A DNA stretch of 63,998 nucleotides, counting the filler, from an uncultured Methanosarcinales archaeon (GTDB lineage: Archaea; Nanobdellota; Nanobdellia; Woesearchaeales; JAGLXL01), in NCBI GenBank assembly GCA_964472345.1. It is 4 parts of 4 records of this genome, joined end to end, with 100 filler letters (N's around TTAATTAATTAA, not from the genome) between each part and the next. Parts side by side here need not be neighbours in the genome. Positions count along the whole stretch, not along the records: positions 42,096 to 62,150 come from CAYYLB010000013.1; positions 62,251 to 63,998 come from CAYYLB010000116.1; 2 more parts are not named here. The stretch is one strand, 5' to 3'. The position numbers and the translations under genes are program-made. The notes below the pieces were generated by a model that searched no databases, was not told where the DNA came from, and saw nothing but the letters and a program-made list of their open reading frames with translations. Numbering within the stretch: the first letter of the stretch is position 1; every line of letters starts with the position of its first letter. Positions 60,022 through 63,998 of the stretch are shown here, piece by piece.

Positions 60022-60154
60022 GTATTTGTTTAGCACCTTCGAAATTCTGGCCGATCTCATCGACGGGGCTGCGTCCCCGTATGGGGCGTCCCCCCGCGAC
60101 GCCCTCGATGACTGGCATCGAAGGAATTTCGACCTTAGGGTGCTAAACAAATAC
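60022..60154. mobile_element. MITE E (133 bp)
   Basis: 16-bp perfect TIR GTATTTGTTTAGCACC / GGTGCTAAACAAATAC; perfect 8-bp TSD GTTTTTGA at 60014-60021 and 60155-60162; nested internal stems. Confidence 0.9.
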
Positions 60155-60232
60155 GTTTTTGAGTGAAGAAGAGCAGTTGCGTGCAGTGCCTTGGCCGCTG
60201 GCGCGACGTCAATGAGGGGCCCATAACTGTAG

Positions 60233-60320
60233 CGAAGGACATAAATAACTATACAAATGTGTTATGTCCTTCGAATATAGTAAGTGACATGTGTATAAAT
60301 ATTTAGATCACTTACTATAT
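60233..60320. repeat. Two abutting AT-rich inverted repeats, each enclosing a TATA-like box
   Basis: CGAAGGACATAA/TTATGTCCTTCG (60233-60273) and ATATAGTAAGTGA/TCACTTACTATAT (60275-60320). Confidence 0.75.
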
Positions 60321-60321
60321 A

Positions 60322-61305
60322 TCAGCGGAGCGCGCCAATCCGGAGCAATGCCTGCCGCTTCTGTATCTTGGTTTGCGCTTCGCGCAGGGAAAGGAGCTTT
60401 TCTTTTGCCCCCTGATGCTGGATCACCGCGGCTGCTTCCGCCTGGCCGAGCCGGAGGCCAAAGGCGAGGTCGTTCTTCAAAAGCAAGCCGGCAACGACAC
60501 CTGAAGCGAAGGCATCTCCTGCACCGGTCGTCTCAACAACGTGCGTTTTCCGCGGCTTCAGCCGGTAGCACAAGCGCCCGTCCGTCGCGTGCGCGCCTTT
60601 GCTGCCGTCGGTCACGACGATACTGCCTCCCGTAACACGATGCAGCTTCCTGAGCAGCTCACGCCCGTGCTGCCTGCTTCCGGCAAGCGCCTGCGCCTCC
60701 TCCTTGTTGAGGACAAGCACGGTGCAGCCCTCGAGCAGTTGGCGCAGCGGCGCCATGCCCTGCTCAGCGAGGTAGATGCTGGGGTTGAACGCGTATGGAA
60801 TATGCCGTTTCTTTGCGAACTGCGCAAGCTGCAGCATGGTGCGCAGGCTCTGCCCGAGCATTGCCGAGAAGTAAAACCAGCGCGTTTGCAGCCGAGAAAA
60901 CGGGACATCCTGCATGGCGAGCCGGTCATTCACGCCCTTGTACACCAGCGGCACGTGATCCGGCTGCAGGCTGGTGAGGATGACTGAATAGCCAGTCATG
61001 CCATTCTTTTTCTTTCCCAAAAGCTGCACGCTTTCCTCATGAAGCTGCCGCTGCACCATGGAGCCGTGCTCGTCATCCCCGAGAACACCGAGCCAGCCTG
61101 TCCTGAAGCCGAGCCGCGCGAATGCAACCGCCGTATTCGTGCCGCCGCCGCCGGTGCTGAGCTGCATGCCGGTCACCAGCTCCTTCAGCCCGAGGGGATA
61201 GCAGACATCGCAGTGCTTCCGGTGCCTGCGGAAGTGCTCGTCGCGCCCGGACACCCTGAGAAAGACATCAACCGTCGCGCTGCCTACAGTTATTATGTCA
61301 AACAA
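60322..61305 (-). CDS. PfkB-family carbohydrate kinase
   Basis: GGGGTNTA, LNKEEA, ETTGAGDAF; GAGGTGA-like SD before TTG start. Confidence 0.93.
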   Translation of the reverse strand: MFDIITVGSATVDVFLRVSGRDEHFRRHRKHCDVCYPLGLKELVTGMQLSTGGGGTNTAVAFARLGFRTGWLGVLGDDEHGSMVQRQLHEESVQLLGKKKNGMTGYSVILTSLQPDHVPLVYKGVNDRLAMQDVPFSRLQTRWFYFSAMLGQSLRTMLQLAQFAKKRHIPYAFNPSIYLAEQGMAPLRQLLEGCTVLVLNKEEAQALAGSRQHGRELLRKLHRVTGGSIVVTDGSKGAHATDGRLCYRLKPRKTHVVETTGAGDAFASGVVAGLLLKNDLAFGLRLGQAEAAAVIQHQGAKEKLLSLREAQTKIQKRQALLRIGALR

Positions 61306-61457
61306 TCAGCCTCACCTTTTCCCCTGCAAGAAACTGGAGAGGCTTATAAAACTTTATGGGAAGAGGGGGCTCTGGAAAGATTAAGGGGATCTCTTCTCTC
61401 CATAAAAACAGAAAGGTTTAAATATGAATATCATATTAATATGAATTTGTGATAACT

Positions 61458-61715
61458 ATGGAGTTTGAAATTGCTAAAATAGGGGAAAGAGGGCAAGTGG
61501 TTATACCCCAATCGTTTAGAGAGGATATGAGTATCCATAAAGGGGACAAGTTCATGGTACTTCAAAGGGGGGGCATGCTTGTACTGAAAAAATTATATGC
61601 TCCAAGTCTAGATGACTTTGAGAAAATGCTACAGAAGAGCCATGCTCATACAGATAAGCATAAACTAACTGAGAAAGACCTGCAGGATGCAATCAAAAGA
61701 GCACGTGAAAAATGA
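61458..61715 (+). CDS. AbrB/MazE-type antitoxin
   Basis: KIGERGQVVIP..FR...I.KGD; AT-rich module. Confidence 0.9.
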   Translation: MEFEIAKIGERGQVVIPQSFREDMSIHKGDKFMVLQRGGMLVLKKLYAPSLDDFEKMLQKSHAHTDKHKLTEKDLQDAIKRAREK

Positions 61716-62110
61716 GGGTTGTTTTAGATACGAATATCTTTGTTTCCGGTATTCATTGGACTGGATCATCAGAAAAAGTTTTGCGAGCATGGATGAAGAA
61801 TGATTTTGAGTTAGTCTCTTCTTTGCCAATAATTGAGGAAATGGTTAGAATTTTGATGAGTTTTAAAGTTCCACTTGAACCAGACACTATTTCTTGGTGG
61901 GGGAGTCTGGTGCTGGAAAAATCCATCGTTGTTGTTCCAACGGAAAAAGTTTATGTTGTAACCGATCCTGACGATAATAAGTTTGTAGAAGCAGCTTTGG
62001 AAGGAAAAGCGGAATATATTGTAAGTCAGGACAAGCATCTATTGGTTTTGAAAGAGTATTGTGGGATTAAAGTTCTTCATCCAGATGAATTTCTTAAATT
62101 ATTAAGGTAG
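61712..62110 (+). CDS. PIN-domain toxin
   Basis: VVLDTNIFVS, DPDDNKF, IVSQDKHLL. Confidence 0.92.
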   Translation: MRVVLDTNIFVSGIHWTGSSEKVLRAWMKNDFELVSSLPIIEEMVRILMSFKVPLEPDTISWWGSLVLEKSIVVVPTEKVYVVTDPDDNKFVEAALEGKAEYIVSQDKHLLVLKEYCGIKVLHPDEFLKLLR

Positions 62111-62250
62111 AAACTACAAAATGACCTCTTAGAAATAAAAAGTCCATTTGNNNNNNNNNNNNNNNNNNNNNNNNNNNNNNNNNNNNNNNNNNNNTTAATT
62201 AATTAANNNNNNNNNNNNNNNNNNNNNNNNNNNNNNNNNNNNNNNNNNNN

Positions 62251-62783
62251 TTTCCCTGCGAAAGAAGACCTAACTTTTTCAAAGAATTTTCAACAGTATC
62301 AAAGCGTTTTCCTGCCTTTTTCAAAAACCACCTGAGTTTGTTCGTGCTGATGTCGCTGAGCTTTGCTTCTTTGCAAATCTCCCTATCCCAGGCCATTCTG
62401 TCCTTATTTTTCTCCAAAATCATCTTTTCTATTTCTTTTGCACTCAACTGCCGAGCTTCATCACCTACCCGGATGTAAGCGCGACCATAAGCATAATAAG
62501 GGACATTTTCTCCAGAAAACCCAACGTGGACGCATTTCTTACCACCCAAAGTTACTTCGGTGATCTTAGGAAATATTTTCGGCTCGATGTTGTCAGAAAT
62601 TGTCTTAGAAACCTCTCTGATGGTATTTTCTGTAACCGTTTGTCCAACCACTTCGCCACCATTCTTCACGCCAAAATACAGCTCTCCTTTCTGGTGCTTA
62701 TTCAGAATAGAAACCACTGAGATTATTGCCCCCTTTAGCTCAGCTGTTGACCTCTTCAGCTCCAGCGTTTCGGATTCTTTCAT
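62251..62783 (-). CDS. AlbA_2-domain protein, 3'-truncated at contig end
   Basis: ESETLELKRS, G.LYFGV...G.VVG, YIRVGD. Confidence 0.85.
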
Positions 62784-62835
62784 GGGGCGGTGTTCTTTCA
62801 TGCGGGGAGGTTCCGGACGGGCAGGTGCCGCACCG

Positions 62836-63681
62836 CTACTTCGTAACCCCTTTCCACTCCTGCAGCGCGCGCTCCCAGCGCTCCATGTTGCCGGTGTCGA
62901 ACCACTGCCCGCTGAATGGGTAGCCGAAGAGCCTGCCGTCGTGCGCAACGATCGGAAACACGTCTTTCTCGAGCATCGCATGCCCGTCAGGGATCAGGTC
63001 GAGGACCGCAGGCTCGAGGATGTACAGGCCGGAGTTGATCAGGTTGCTCGGCGCCTTGTCCTTCGGCGGCTTCTCGATGAAACGCAGGATGCGTGAGCCG
63101 CTGAGCTGCGCGACGCCGTAGTTGCTCGGGTCGGGGACGGTCGTCAGCGCGATGGTGGCAGCGGCATTGTTCGACTTGTGGATGTCGTACATCTCCTCGA
63201 GGTTGATGTCCTTCAGCTCATCGCCGTTCGTCACGATGAACGTGTCCGTCAGCAGCGCGCGCGCCTTTTTCAGCGGCCCTGCGGTTCCCAGCGGAGCCTC
63301 CTCGCTCTCCTCGATATACCGGATCCTCACGCCAAACCGCTCCCCGCTGCCGAAGTACTGCATGACCTTCTCTTTCTTGTATCCCACGCTGAGCAGGATG
63401 TCATGGATGTCATATTTCTTGAGCAGGTCAAGCAGGTGCTCGATCAGCGCTTTTCCGTGCACGGGGATGAGCGGCTTGGGGATCTCATGGGTGATCGGCC
63501 GCAATCGTGTGCCCTTGCCGCCGCAGAGGATGACTGCCTTCTTGGGGCAGCGCTTGCCCAGCGCCTTCTTCAGCAGCACTTCAACGGCGTGCGAGCGGCT
63601 CTTGATGTGCTCGGTGCCGACGAGCTTGTCCACATCGCCCAGAATGTCCTGCCCGACGGTGATGGTGATGCGCTCTTTCAT
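62836..63681 (-). CDS. RHH DNA-binding domain fused to sugar-1-phosphate nucleotidyltransferase
   Basis: KERITITV...SRSHAVE RHH, then ILCGGKGTRLRP.T..PKPL, LGTAG, NGD, WFDTG. Confidence 0.9.
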   Translation of the reverse strand: MKERITITVGQDILGDVDKLVGTEHIKSRSHAVEVLLKKALGKRCPKKAVILCGGKGTRLRPITHEIPKPLIPVHGKALIEHLLDLLKKYDIHDILLSVGYKKEKVMQYFGSGERFGVRIRYIEESEEAPLGTAGPLKKARALLTDTFIVTNGDELKDINLEEMYDIHKSNNAAATIALTTVPDPSNYGVAQLSGSRILRFIEKPPKDKAPSNLINSGLYILEPAVLDLIPDGHAMLEKDVFPIVAHDGRLFGYPFSGQWFDTGNMERWERALQEWKGVTK

Positions 63682-63916
63682 GCAGCAGCGGAGGAACGGC
63701 CCCTCATTTATAAAGCTTTTGAAAAAAGTATGAGGAAGTAATACCATCGGTTCCCGTTTCTGCGGCGTGTGCTCCCTGCCCGCGCTGTTCCGCTATAATC
63801 GAGAACCAACCACCATCGCGCCTCCGCCCTGCGGCTTCGGCGCTGCTTGGTGCTGATTATGCCTATGGTTGCCGCGCTGTTGCGGGCGCTTAACGGTACA
63901 GTGCCCCAGCCTATCC

Positions 63917-63998
63917 GACGTTATTGAAAAGTTCGCCGACGGGCCAGTGAGCGCCGGCGTAAGTGGGACACCTGCCAGGCTCCAGCTCGATGCCAGTC
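63917..63998. mobile_element. Second member of the MITE B family (opposite orientation, cut by window end)
   Basis: GACGTTATTGAAAAGTTCGCC..GGCCAGTGAGCG matches the reverse complement of the right end of MITE B; GCCGGCGTAAGTGGGACACCTGCCAGGC matches its interior. Confidence 0.82.

Noticed and set aside
2019..60166. Many long antisense/overlapping ORFs (e.g. 2019-3344, 19646-21409, 34752-35942, 58988-60166)
   Set aside because: Shadow ORFs of GC-rich genes, without recognisable motifs, opposite clear housekeeping genes
21574..62250. Repeated TTAATTAATTAA inside N runs; apparent adjacency of tRNA-Ser to the R-M gene (possible integration site)
   Set aside because: These are artificial all-frame-stop linkers joining contigs, so neighbours across them are not biological
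1..63998. CRISPR array, integron attC array, reverse transcriptase/DGR, transposase or integrase
   Set aside because: No regularly spaced repeats or such genes seen; the ~100-bp repeat pairs differ mostly at synonymous sites rather than only at adenines, so they are not DGR TR/VR pairs

Overview
Archaeal DNA, mostly GC-rich with AT-rich islands. TATA/BRE promoters, aMBF1, Nop5/fibrillarin, RadB, Dph6, geranylgeranyl reductase and truncated Nop5/RqcH point to a DPANN (Woesearchaeota-like) MAG; this is inference. The window is four contigs joined by N-spacers containing TTAATTAATTAA (21574-21673, 41996-42095, 62151-62250), so adjacency across those gaps is not real. Contig 1 has a stand-alone short 5S rRNA, a GT2/GT-C/EamA glycosylation cluster, pyrH, nop5-relBE-cyaB-flpA, rps2, radB, secDF and pyrG. 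Contig 2 is a variable island of secreted/membrane-anchored proteins and TA modules, ending in a tRNA-Ser(UGA) with two introns. Contig 3 has an AT-rich type IIG R-M gene, housekeeping genes, a TrmB-linked HD/PEP-mobile-domain operon, an ABC exporter and TA pairs. Most notable: (1) five complete and two partial highly structured MITE-like elements with target-site duplications, two sharing an internal core inside unrelated TIRs and one that rewrote a gene's C-terminus; (2) two cargo cassettes, each bracketed by a ~100-bp duplication of a surface-protein gene's 3' end differing almost only at synonymous sites; (3) surface proteins with conserved N- or C-terminal anchors sharing a G-[AQ]-A-T motif; (4) the double-intron tRNA; (5) the uncharacterised phosphohistidine/HD operon.
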